DNA of 64,000 nucleotides from Cirrosporium novae-zelandiae (Eukaryota): NCBI GenBank assembly GCA_026023565.1, contig JAPETS010000059.1, positions 62,001 to 126,000 of the forward strand, read 5' to 3'. Shown piece by piece: positions 24,143 to 36,150 of this stretch (position 1 is its first letter; each line of letters starts with the position of its first letter). The notes under the pieces were generated by a model. It saw only the letters and a program-made list of their open reading frames with translations, ran no database searches and was not told where the DNA came from. The position numbers and the translations under genes were made by a program.

Positions 24143-25337
24143 ATGCCTACCAGTCTCAACAAAGACTTGACGATTTTTATCAAAGACCTGATCAAATGCA
24201 AGGTCTGCCCTAAGACCTTCACGCAACGTGCGAAATACAAGTAAGACCTTCTGAAGCTTGAAACCCATCTTCGAGTCCTGACTGCCTGCCTCTAGCCGGC
24301 ATCGGAAAACCCATGATCGGCCATATCATTGTGATGCATGCCCCCAAAGTTTTGCGCTACGTACCGACCTTGACCGTCATAAAACACGACATGTAGGAGC
24401 TGTTGCAAAATTCCACTGCAACTATCCTCGCTGCACCTTCCGCTCACCCAGACGAGATTATCTTATTAGACATATGAAGAACAGACATTTGACTCTCATG
24501 GGTAAGAATATGACTGAATCTCAACAATCTTGGAGCTTCGAAGAGGGTCTTGAAACAGCCCTGAAAGATTATAAGGATCAGAAAGAAAAGTGCAGTTTGA
24601 TCGCTGCAGCATTTGACGGACATGAGGGGATGGTCATTTCAGCAGTCAAGAATGGAGCTTTTACTGATGTGCAGGATGAAGATGGGAGAACAATCTTCCA
24701 TGGAGCAGCTTCGACTGGCTCGACAGAATTGATAAAGACACTATTAAAAAATGGAGCCAATCATACAATAAAGGATAGAAACAAATTAACACCATTGCAT
24801 TACGCAGCGCAAAAGGGTTATACAGCAGCGGCACAGCTATTGGTGGAACATGGAGCGGATATGAATATTAAAGACGGGTATAAGAATGAAACTCCGTTCT
24901 ATATTGCATTATCTAACGGTCATGAATCGGTGGCGCGGTTATTGATAGAACGCGGAGCTGAAATCAATGCAAAAAATGGACAGGATGAAACCTCCTTGTT
25001 CGAAGCAGCAAAGAGCGGCCATAAAAAAATAGTACAATTGCTAGTGGAAAACGGAGCGGACGTCAATAAAACAGGTGAGCATTCTGACACTGCAATCGCC
25101 AGCGCTGCGTACAATGGTCATGGAGACTTGGTACGATACCTAGTGGAAAACGGAGCGGACGTCAATAAAACAGGCGAGTATTTTGGAACTGCAATCGCCA
25201 GCGCTGCGTACAATGGTCATGGAGACTTGGTACGATACCTAATGAAGCATGGAGCCAAGCTTCCTAAAGCCGAAAAAAAGCGAGCCAAATGCCTCCGATA
25301 CATTAACGAAAAGCCGAATCCGCCACCCGCTACTTGA
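24143..25337 (+). CDS. Three C2H2 zinc fingers fused to an ankyrin-repeat array, 2 exons (24143-24240, 24296-25337), about 379 aa
   Basis: CKVC...F...NRHRKTH, CDAC..SFALRTDLDRHKTRH and CNYPRC...YLIRHMKNRH, then about 6-7 ANK repeats (TPLHYAA, LVENGADVN). Canonical 55-nt intron. Confidence 0.88.
25041..25241 (+). repeat. 99-bp tandem duplication of one ankyrin repeat unit
   Basis: Units starting at 25041 and 25140 differ at only 5 nt, all within a 13-nt stretch. Confidence 0.95.
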
Positions 25338-26189
25338 CATCGATATATCCCTCGGACTTGAACATTGTCTCTTCTCCAAGCTGCAATGGAGATGGGTCAA
25401 CGTCCTCAACACGGCTTTGCTGGCAGGTGGCTGCACTGAAGCGGTTGGATCACCAGGGGAGGGGGGGGGCTACTATAACATGGGAGTCTTATTTCGTTAT
25501 AATGGCTACAATTCTGTTCTCCCCTATGTCTATCTATGTGCTTGCTGGTTACGATGTTACGATGATGGGTGGATGAATGACTAGGTGTTAGGAATTTCTT
25601 ATTGCAAGGGTCTATCTTTTATATCTCGGGTCTTCTCTATGGTGAATTTCAATGATCAGCGAGTCTAGTTTGTCGCACTCTTGTGTTATATCTAATTCAT
25701 ATTCATTCTCACCATCTCCCACTTCGTTCTCCCGTCTTTTATGTTCCTCCGTCAAACGTCTCCCTCCTTCTCGGGGACTAGGTACAGTACAATGATCCTT
25801 CATTTTTTGCATAGCTATCGCTTCACAGCACTATGATTCAGCCAACCATAACCGACTAACCAGGTTACTAGCTGAGAACTCAAGGATGAGAATTATAGAT
25901 GTGTATCTCATCGTTACAGTCATTCAGCTCATACTTTGTACTCTCCACTCATCCCCTTCCCACCCAGTCTCAGAAAGCAAGACCGCCTTACCCCTGAGTC
26001 CAAACCCCTGAATATACAAATTGAAACCATCACCATCCTATTCACTTCCAACTCATCTTCCCCTCTTCATATTGGAATCGCAATGCCAACTTCTAGCCAA
26101 CTGAGGAAAATCTTATCACATAGCCACCATGCTCCACAGAATGCATCAATTTCCCACAAAAATACCAACCATCCAAGCCTCTAGAACTC

Positions 26190-26735
26190 CAACATCTAAG
26201 ATCCCAGAAACCACTTCACCAATTCCCATCGTCAACTACCACCATTCCCTCACAACAGTATAGTATCCTCAATACACTCCCCACCTATAACCCAACTACC
26301 CCCAGACCGCCTACACCGCCTGCCGACATTCTATTGAGAATTCGATTCAAATGACGAATAAGTTGATTCACAATACTGCTGTCATGGCCAATGCATTCAA
26401 GGGAGTGGTCGAATTCACTGTTGAGGTAATCCATGCAGAATTTAATAAGCAATTCGAGGGCAGTTCCATGATATTCCATCATTACCCCCGACCTACACAT
26501 GTCGATCACTGCGAACTGGAGGTGATTAATTCCATCGGGCTCCAAAATGTTAAATTGATTGAATACTTGGGGGCATTTGATAACGAGTAATGATGGTATC
26601 GCGTCTGGCTAGTTGATAGTCATTTCAATGAATCCTGGCTCTCTTCATTCTTGTTTTTCCGGGCAGGGGGAATAATCCATGAATGTGTTGCAGGTCCTCT
26701 CTTAGGGGATATCCAAGATTTCTTGGTCGGTATAA
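26190..26735 (-). pseudogene. Degenerate coding remnant of unknown family
   Basis: One frame reads YTDQEILDIP*ERTC...QE*REPGFIEMTIN*PDAIP...MEYHGTALELLIKFC, protein-like and interrupted by isolated stops. Confidence 0.35.
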
Positions 26736-26939
26736 CCACATGGAATTCAATTAGTTTCGTCTCCTCATCTAGAACATGTCCTCACCTATAGGAGCTAGAA
26801 CGTAGAAACTGGAGTGACGTAGTGTCGGGACTCGGATCTTATGGCCCCGAATGCCGATGATTCAGGGGCATTTACGGGTGGTAGACATACGCGACCGTGA
26901 CCGTGACAAAACACATGGAAAATACATCCATTTATCTAA

Positions 26940-28730
26940 CTTACCATTTTTTATACTTCCTATATCCAAGTGAAGTTCTTTAATTATCCTTTCCAAATAT
27001 ATTTTCGCCAGACAAGATATTTACATTTTTCGATTATCCCAGGTCGGGGGTAGAAGTTTATTCTTCCATGCTTTGCCAAAGTATTCAGCAGCACATAATT
27101 ACAATCCCAACTGAATGAATATATTAAAGCTTTTGAAGCAAAAAATCTTACTTTCTTAGGTAGACATGTTGTAGCATATTGCATATTTGCATATTCCAAG
27201 AATCCCCAAAATAATGCCCAAAATAATGCCCATGTCATGTCATGCCTGTTACGACATTCCCGAATCTCTTACTATACATATACATGTACACATATACATA
27301 CACATACACATGACATCGAACTTCCATCCTACTATTTCCCCCACCCACTCACTGTAAATACTACACTACAACTACACCACGCTTGAGGGTATGTAGCTCT
27401 TTCGTACAGCAATTACACTACAAACCCACCACTACCACCACCCTCCTAAGAAGAAGATTCTTTAATCCCAACATTTTCATCCAAGGAATTCGCAAGCACT
27501 ACACTATGCTCACTTGGCAATGATTATATTATTATAAGTAATGAAACTAATAGGGCGGAAATTAAAGAGAAGAGAAGAGAAGAGAAGAGAAGAGAAGAGA
27601 AGAGAAGAGGGATTTGTTATTGCAGAAAGCAGAAAGCAGAAAGCAGAAAGTAGAAAGTAGAAAGCGATCCATACAGTATAGTCTCCCCCCCTCCCCTCCT
27701 CCGAGGCCGACTTTCCGAATACCTACCTCCTGTACCATATAAAAGTACATAAATATACAAATAACGTACATATTTATCTTAAAAAAAAAAAAAACAAAAA
27801 AAAAGTGGTTAGAGGATCTCTCTTTTCCGTTAGAGAGAAGGAGGGGAGGGGGCTTACTTGCTCATAGGCCTCCCACCTACGGTCCAAAAAAAGAAAGAAA
27901 GAAAGGAAGAAAGGGGGGGTTACACAGTTCTTGGATTTAGAATTTTTCAATTTTGAAATCCCCTTGATGTGATACTGAGATATGGATATGTTTGTTAAGT
28001 AGAGCCCATGGGGCGGGGGAGTCATGTATATTTCTTGAAAAAAAAAATAGAAAAGGAAAGGAAAGGGATGTGATTGTGAAATATATTTGTTATTTTTATC
28101 CCCTTTAAAGTGAAGTAAGGTGAGGTGAGATGAGGTGATGAGTGTATTAGCGGGGAGGGAGGTGTCCAGTCTAGCAACAAGTGAAAAATTACAAATATTG
28201 AAATATTGAAATATATGTTCCTCAAAATATCCAAGTTTTTTGATATATATATATATATTATATAAAATGTTTAGAAATACCTAAAAAAAATCCAACATTG
28301 TCACTCATCTATCATCTATCATCTTTAACAAAAAGGGATATAGATATAGACTATAATATAAATCTTAGCTCTCTCTCTCTCTCTCTCTCTCTCTCTGCTC
28401 CCCAAACAAAGAAAACCCAATACCAATCCAAGCGTCAGACACAAGCTTTGCTTCCTTCTTTCCTCCCAAATTTTGTTTACGGGGCAATATTTTCAGATTT
28501 TTCCCTTCTTCAGGTTTAAGATCTTGCTCTTGCTCTTGCTCTGCTCTGCCCACATTGTCCGTCCATACGGAACCCGATCGTATGAAACCACATCCATCCA
28601 TCCATTCATCCACCCAAATGTTTTTTTTTTTTTTTTTTTTTTTTTTTTCCTTTGGAGAAAACAACGTTGTTGGAATTCGGGAATAAAGAACCTTTTTAGT
28701 GGTGTGGGTGAGTGAGTGAGTGAGCGAGTT
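26940..28730. repeat. Low-complexity, microsatellite-rich block
   Basis: (AAGAG)n, (GCAGAAA)n, (AT)n, (CT)n, T run at 28621-28648 and (GAGT)n. Confidence 0.85.
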
Positions 28731-30744
28731 GGCCATGCATGCCATGTTTTCCTTTGTCAATCCCATTTTGTATGGGGATCCTTGGGAGGACGTTACATCG
28801 CTTTCTAGCAGTTATAGACAAGATATTTCTAAGCTAGAAAAAGGACGGGAGGATTTGTGGATTATTATGAGGATGTTCTGGTGTGGGGAGTTATTATGCT
28901 TGGATGACGAAACAAATTTTTTTGAAGGTTTGATGATTTGATAGGTGATCCTTGTTGAATCTGGGTTTTGCAGTAAATTTACTAGTACTGATATAAGGCT
29001 CTAGATTGTGTACAAGGCTTGCTGGAGGAACACCACTCCGACTCGGCGGTAGAATATCAAGCCCGCACAATCGGAGAGATGTCAGCTGTGTAAAGAGTGA
29101 GTGTAGCTTGTTTACTAAACTACCACATGAGGGTGTCTGTCCACTAACAACTTTTCACCAAGAGAGCCCACCTCTGTTGTTGAATCAAGGGCCAGCGCAA
29201 TATTATATCCACTAATCGAATCGCTCGTTCAGCTCCTGGAGCCATGTGCCGCAAATGTGGTCCTACTTTATGCAGCTGCTAAGCCTTGATCCAGGTTAGT
29301 TCTATTCCGGTTGTCGACAAGGAAGCCAGAGGGCCGAATCTAATTCTAATAAAAAGGACATGTTACTCGAGATGTGTCACGTTAGAAAAGATATCTCATA
29401 CGTCTTTTTTTATTGCATGGGTGGCAATGATCGATTGCGAGGCTTTGTAGAGATTTTTTTTCAAAGTGTGCTTTTGATATATGAAACGTTCGACTGGTAA
29501 TGGGAAGGTGATGCTGCCACTTATAGCCTTTCATTAGATGTGTGCGTTCCATCAAGTCTATTTTTGAATAGTTATAAAGTACATAAATCTTGGTGACCGG
29601 AACCCCTGAGAGTATAATATAAGTGATATTCATCCTATTGATCCAAGAGCACCGATACATCCATTGCTTTATCCTAGATGTAGATGATAGGTCAAGAAAG
29701 CCAAACGAGAGAATTACTTACTCACTTGAATGATTGTAGTTTTGTCCTTGTTGGGTATTTTCGGCAACAGCAAAACTCTGATTCGGGAATTCAGCGACAT
29801 CACAGCCTTTCAACCCGTCCCTAATGATTGAGATTTAGGCCAGTATGTATCATCCAAGTCCTAGTGATCCCTGAAAGGGTGAAGAATCCTTTTATGGGGT
29901 AGTGGGTAGTTCATAGATGCTATTAATCTATTTGTCGTAACATCTCTCACAGCGGATGAATCAATGCTTTCTTATACTTCAGAAAGTGGCCAGACCGAGT
30001 CAAGAAGCGTTTGAATGGCATTCTACGCAACTTCCCTTGGAACAACCCTGAGCTGTAATACTTCATAGAGCTTAGAGGGAGGGCTAGGTGATAGAAGCAT
30101 TTCCAAGTCTTCATCAGCTTGAACATATGTGCTGGAGTAGGTAGCTATATCCTTAGTTAGTCGATGTAGGTTGGCTACGTCCTAGTCAAAGAATACTGTA
30201 GCTCACATAGTCAATCACCATATCATGTAGCTCAGGTGGCAAGCTTAATAGATGCGAGAGAGTGCCCTCTGTGGCGCCTGTAGTCCGTGTTGAACTTGAT
30301 ATGGAGTCAAGCGGAAATATATGCTATCAATTGTCAGATGAAGCTTTTGTGGTAGCATCCTGTTGCATTCCAGGAGTTGGAGCTGGAACATGTTCTAGAA
30401 TATTATAGTATGGGTATTGTGGGTCACCTGGCCTTGTTCTACGATCAACAGAAAATATTCAAAGACATATATATCTAGTTGAGGAGCGAAAGTCTAAAAA
30501 GCAACAATGGTAAAGGACGCGTTTTAACGCGTTACCCTAATTCGCTTCATTAAACGAGATTCATTGCCGAAGCGACATAGCGGTTTGATTATTCTCTAGC
30601 TACTAAATTAGAATCCATCTCGCCAAGAAACAAGAACCTCATGGTATCCAAGACCAACCAAGATTACCTGGCACCCCCATCTCCGATATCCCTAGCATGA
30701 CACCCTTTTTCATTTGCCTCATAGTACTCCTCATCCATGCCCAT

Positions 30745-31558
30745 TCAGTTGACAGAGTACCATTTCATCCAGATAGGAATAGCTGTGTTGCCCTCGTTCG
30801 ACACACCCGTCATATCACCAAAACAAACATCCGAGGTAGCTTTGATCAAGCTTGTCATTTCCTCGATGCATTGATTCTGAGAAAAGGGCCAGTAGCCTGG
30901 TGATGGAGGCTTGTATTTGTTGCAGGGGAGTGAGCGAACTCCATACTTGAAAACCAAGTGTCCAACTGCCGGGCTGGTTTCGTTTGTGCCTTCCGCCCTG
31001 TTTTATTGGAAGGGTAATTAGCTTGGTTCAATCCTCGTCCACAGCAAACGAGGATGAAGACGTACAGATAGTAGATTCCGTCACCGGGGAACCATAGCTT
31101 GCAGTAGAACAATGCGGCTAGGGTAGCAGCCTTTACAGTGGGCACAAAATTACTGGGTGGCTGTGGTTGAATAAGACCGTTGAGCTGACACTCAATCTAT
31201 TTTTATTAGTTGGTATGTCATTAAGATGGAATCGCTCTCAAGTACTGACGGGTTCAAGAGTAGTTTGTCGCTTAATAGGAACCGCAGTTGGGGTTGGTAT
31301 GGTATCTATATTCAACAACGATGAAAGAATAGCCGCGACATCGGTAGCTAATGGCGCCTCCGTAGTGGCCGCTGCACTACTATCTGACGTTTGTGTAGCT
31401 GCCGCTAGAGCAGATGACATTGAATCCGCGTCAATGGTGACCTTTGGTTTTGTCGGCTTGTGGGTTTTGTGTGGTTTCTTGTCTTCTGCTGGCATGGCTA
31501 AAGCCGCTGTAGCAAGGAGAGCAATGCTCATTGTGGCGAGGAAGGTGAGCTTAACCAT
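30745..31558 (-). CDS. Small secreted protein with pro-domain and KR site, 3 exons (31250-31558, 31066-31196, 30745-30997), about 230 aa
   Basis: Signal peptide MVKLTFLATMSIALLATAALA, Ser/Thr/Ala-rich pro-region ending PIKR, mature part with 5 Cys. Two canonical introns join three separate ORFs in frame. Confidence 0.8.
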
Positions 31559-33984
31559 TGTGAAAATCTTGGACTGATATTGAAGTTTGAGTTTGCTTTG
31601 ATAAAATACTTGCTGGTTCTTAAACCTGAAGAATTGAGAACTGGCGAGGTATAGGCTGGTCACAGGCTAGTCTTTATAAATGGACATTTATGTTACTTCC
31701 ATATACCAGAGCTACCTAATATTCCTCATGCCGAGATTCTTAACAACATCTGCGACGGGGTCACAGACGACCATCTCCGAGAATGCCATAATGATGTTTT
31801 CTAGGCACTCGAAAATTCTAAGACAAAATAAACTCACTCACAGTTAATCCCTTGCTTTGAGCCACATCTAGAACCGGGCTCGTGGATTTTCTTGTAGATG
31901 AGCCTTCGCATTCCATGCAGACGTTGGTTGATAGTGCTGAGGAATGTCGAGCGTAGCACATGGAACTGATAGCTTAATGTGGAAGTTGGATATGCGAGAC
32001 ACGATGGTCAAGGTGATAGAGAACCTAGAAGCTACAATTTTTTTGTCTGTAACTAAATGAGTCACCATGTATGTCGCTGTAGGGGTAAAAGAATGACGGG
32101 GATAGTCGGGCTAGTTTGGCGAGAGGTAAGTAATCATATTCATTGATTGGAAGACTGGCTTGGCTTAACAGGTGGCAAATCTTGATGGGTTAATGCGATG
32201 GGGTAAGTATGGTAGGTGGTGGTCTTGAGATGAAATTATTTTCAGTGTGGGTATATGTTCCATTCCTCCCATGAGCTGTACATCTAAGCTGCGATTTCTT
32301 CAAGATATGTAGGTTCCTATTTCTGTGAATTATTTCTTGCTGTTAACTGCGTTTCTAGAATCAAGTTAGTGAAGCTGTTGGCCACTGGATATACTGGGAG
32401 AAAAATGCCCCTTATAGGTGATTTTCCAAGCTACAGTCCATCATTCTTTCAAATAATAGTGTATCCGAACCTTTTTCTTCTTTCACCTAGGTTTAGAATA
32501 GTAATTACCTCGGCATTTGTATCCAGCTACATGTCAAGTGAAGTTAAAGATACCTATATTCTCTTCAGTAATGAAATGATGACAAGTTAAACAGAGAGAC
32601 GAGAAGCGTCAGCATCAGGATCTAATCCATCAGACAACCTACAGTCAACAAAACACACACACAATAACCAGATAGGAGAAAAGGCCACCAGAACTATCCC
32701 AAATGCGGAGCCCAAGTTGAAAAGCAATAAACTTTATACAAGCAAAATGTGGCGCAACATCCAAGCATTCTATATGAAACCAAAAGGTACACGGTAGCAA
32801 AACTGTCGCAAAGTCGGACCGGTTTTATTAATCCTACCAAAAAAGGCCCCATTCCAGAAACGAACCAAGGTGATAGACTCCACCTTTTAAACCATCCGGC
32901 TTCCCCGTTCGAAGTGAAATGGGTGGAGATGTCGTTAGAATTCCGATGTGGGTTTTTGACGTCTATGGCTGTAACGGTCTGGGTTTTGTAGATGTGTAGG
33001 ACCAATGTCTCAATGGATACAACATAGTAGACTAGTGCCACGGAGAAATGGGAATAATCAAGAGAGAGAACATGATTGAACGTGACCATGAAAGGTGTAA
33101 GTAGCAAACAGAGTTCAAACCAAGGAACAAGTTTGAGCCCCTCTATCTAATCAAAGGCCTTCGAGAATATCTATCATCTTTTCTGGAAAATTCAGTCAGA
33201 ATTCATTTCACCCACAATACCATAACTTGAAGCAAATCGTAGCCAAAATCAATATGAATAACAGAGAATACTTTCGAGAGTAATAGACATCCAAAGCGCC
33301 TGACACAAAAAAGGCGGAACTCACAAATATGTTTTTCCTAGTATCCTCACAAGAATAATTGTAGTTGATAACTTATATAACAATTTGACCCCAACATAAC
33401 ACAATAATAAATAATTATAATTCACCATGGTAGATTGATAACTTGATTATCAAAGTACCATATACATATATCATTATTCTGAAAAATTGTGAAGTCATAG
33501 ATGTATATCTAGAGAATCAAATTTGTGAGTTGTTCCGCCTTTCTGTCTGTCAGGCCGAGGGCGCTTGACATCGAAGAAAAAGAAAAAAGAAAAAAGAAAA
33601 AAAGAAAAAAAAGAAAAAAAAGAAAAAAAACCCCTCCAATTAATTTCGATTTCAATATCTCTTTAGCCCAAGCAAGTAGGTATCTATCGATCAGATTGAT
33701 CCCAAATATCCCCGACCAAAACACCAACCACCAATCAACAACTACAAAGGAGAGAACATTACAAAACGCCATGACTTCATCTCAACGTCACACCCACAAC
33801 TCCATAGCACACAGCACGAAAAACAAAAAACAAAAAACAAAAAACATTCCCAACACATCAAACAAACACCAGACCAGACCAGACCATTCTAGTCTATTTT
33901 CTGATTATTTAATCTAGATAGGTTTATCCATCCATCCTTTCTTCCTTGATATTATTCTATAAAGAGGACAACAAACGACAAACA

Positions 33985-34605
33985 ATGCCATCCCCCCTCC
34001 TCCTCCGCCGTCGAGTAATAAACATCTACAAAGGTAATTACACCCCCATCCCCATCCCCAATCCCCCTCCTCCCCTCCCCACTCACTCACTCACTCACCC
34101 ATCCAAAACTAAAAAAAAAAAAAAAAAAACCCTAGAACTCCTCTACCTAGGCCGAGATTACCCCCCCAGCTACGCCAGCTTCCGAAACCGCCTGCACGGG
34201 GCGTTTATGAAAAATTCGGAGATGCGGGATGCGGGGGAGATTGAAAGGGGGATTCGGAGGGCGGAGTTTGTTAAGAGAGGTATGTTGTGTGTATTTATGT
34301 TATTTATATATGGATGGATGATGGGGGAGTGATGGGTTGGTACTGTACTGTACCACCTTTTTAAGTTGGGTGTGTCCAGGTGTGCTGTACAGTACAATAA
34401 ATCAAGTTTTTACTGATGGATTGAATTTTGGGTATTAGAAATCGAGGCACTGTAAGTCCACACACAGGAGAGCAACCGAATTGTTTTTTTCATAGCCAGC
34501 AATGTTATTCCAATGCGACGGATATTGACGTCGCAAATGAACTGTAGCTACTACCTGAAGCGCTATCGCGCCCTGCGCCAACGCTATTCCAACACGCAGC
34601 AATAG
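33985..34605 (+). CDS. LYR-motif mitochondrial protein (LYRM5/ETFRF1-like), 4 exons (33985-34033, 34136-34279, 34439-34451, 34548-34605)
   Basis: Spliced product LRRRVINIYKELLYLGRDYP...FRNRLHGAFMKN...AEFVKREIEALYYLKRYRALRQRY. Confidence 0.9.
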
Positions 34606-34749
34606 TAATCAAACACATACTGCAATACCAAAAAGGCACATTCCATCCATCCCATCCATGACTTCTCATTTGTCCTAGGGGTATCATCATCCAGCCAAAC
34701 CAAAAAAAATCCCAAACCGATTTTCCACCCAGTAGTGTGCCCTATTTCA

Positions 34750-36150
34750 TCATTCCTTTTTGTGTGCCCACCATGTCCCGACCTCCAGGCATTCCCCGCT
34801 GGCGGTGCCGTTGTGTTCCATCAGATCCGCCATCATACCCGCCCACCATCTATCCCACTCATCTTGGTTCTTCCCACTGGCTTCCTGTAACATGGGTTCA
34901 AAAGCCTCAATCATTTGCACTACCGTAACCAGCGCAGTCTTTCGGAGTGCAGCTTGTTCCGTGGTCAATGCCTTGGTTGATTCTTGGACACTTGGACTCC
35001 TCGTCACCTTCAGCAAATGGGATGAACTCGGCCTCCTTTTCTTCTCCTTGCTCTCCTTGCAGGCCGCAGAAATGGCTTTCCCGCCAATTCCTTCGCGCTC
35101 CCATCGCACATCACTCAGCGGAATCGCTATCCGTCTGGTTCCGAAGTCACTACATGCTTCGGTTTCTAGCGATAGAGTAGCGTAGACCTGCGCGCATGGG
35201 ACTGCTGTCAGCTGGCGCTTCTCAAAAGCTAGCTGCACCCATCGGTTATAGTCTTGTAGGTATTTGTTTTGCGCCGGCGCAAAAGGCGTGCCTGGAAATA
35301 TTGTGTATGTGCCAGTCTTTTCGGCTTGCTCGACATCATCCTCCTTGACACCAGGAGCAATGGGTGGATAAGGTAAAAGTGTTCGGAAAACGTAGTCCGA
35401 GTCCCAAAGTTCTAGAACCCCACCGGGCTTCAACAACCTGAGAGGTTCTTCAAAGCCGCAACCTTGGAGCCATGATGTATCACTATATTGGGTTACATCC
35501 TTGATGAAGACAAAGTCGAAGCTCGCATCGGCGAAAGGAAGAGGTAATTTAGCGACATCGCCTTGGACAAAAGTCCAATCAACGCCTTGCTTATTGAGAT
35601 CAGGGGCGATTGGCACGCAATCCATGCCGGTAAATGAAACATTCGGATAACCTAGGTGCTTAAAGTAGTCATGGCAGGCCGCAGACCATAGGCCCGAGCC
35701 ACAACCGAGATCTAAGACCTTGGTCGGGGCCTTATCATGGAAGGTGGGATTGCAAAAGGGCGCGCCGAAGGATCTTATCAGCATTGAAGTTCGTAAACTT
35801 TGTCTGTGGATCTCGGCTAAGTCGCAGGGGAGAGGATAAGGGATAGATTGATCTCGATGGTAGCGACGACCATGGCGCATCATGAAAGGGTCATTGATAT
35901 AATCCGAAGAGGATTTGAAGGTTTTATTGCTCGAGCTGGAGCTGGGGGTCTTGGAGAGCGACCCACTAACGGAGTCACGGGAGATGGCATGGTTGGGAGC
36001 GTATGGATCCAGCGCGCCGTTGCTGTGATTGACTTGATCGTCTTCTTTGGAGGGCTCACGAGAAAGGGTTGAAGTTTTAATGGTAGGAAGAGGAGCCTGC
36101 GGATGTGGGTTGTTTATGTAGAGAAGGGCAATTCCTTCCATGCCTGCCAT
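34750..36150 (-). CDS. Class I SAM-dependent methyltransferase
   Basis: VLDLGCGSGLW motif I, PLPFADASFDFV, LLKPGGVLE and YPLPCDLAEIHRQ. Confidence 0.9.
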   Translation of the reverse strand: MAGMEGIALLYINNPHPQAPLPTIKTSTLSREPSKEDDQVNHSNGALDPYAPNHAISRDSVSGSLSKTPSSSSSNKTFKSSSDYINDPFMMRHGRRYHRDQSIPYPLPCDLAEIHRQSLRTSMLIRSFGAPFCNPTFHDKAPTKVLDLGCGSGLWSAACHDYFKHLGYPNVSFTGMDCVPIAPDLNKQGVDWTFVQGDVAKLPLPFADASFDFVFIKDVTQYSDTSWLQGCGFEEPLRLLKPGGVLELWDSDYVFRTLLPYPPIAPGVKEDDVEQAEKTGTYTIFPGTPFAPAQNKYLQDYNRWVQLAFEKRQLTAVPCAQVYATLSLETEACSDFGTRRIAIPLSDVRWEREGIGGKAISAACKESKEKKRRPSSSHLLKVTRSPSVQESTKALTTEQAALRKTALVTVVQMIEAFEPMLQEASGKNQDEWDRWWAGMMADLMEHNGTASGECLEVGTWWAHKKE

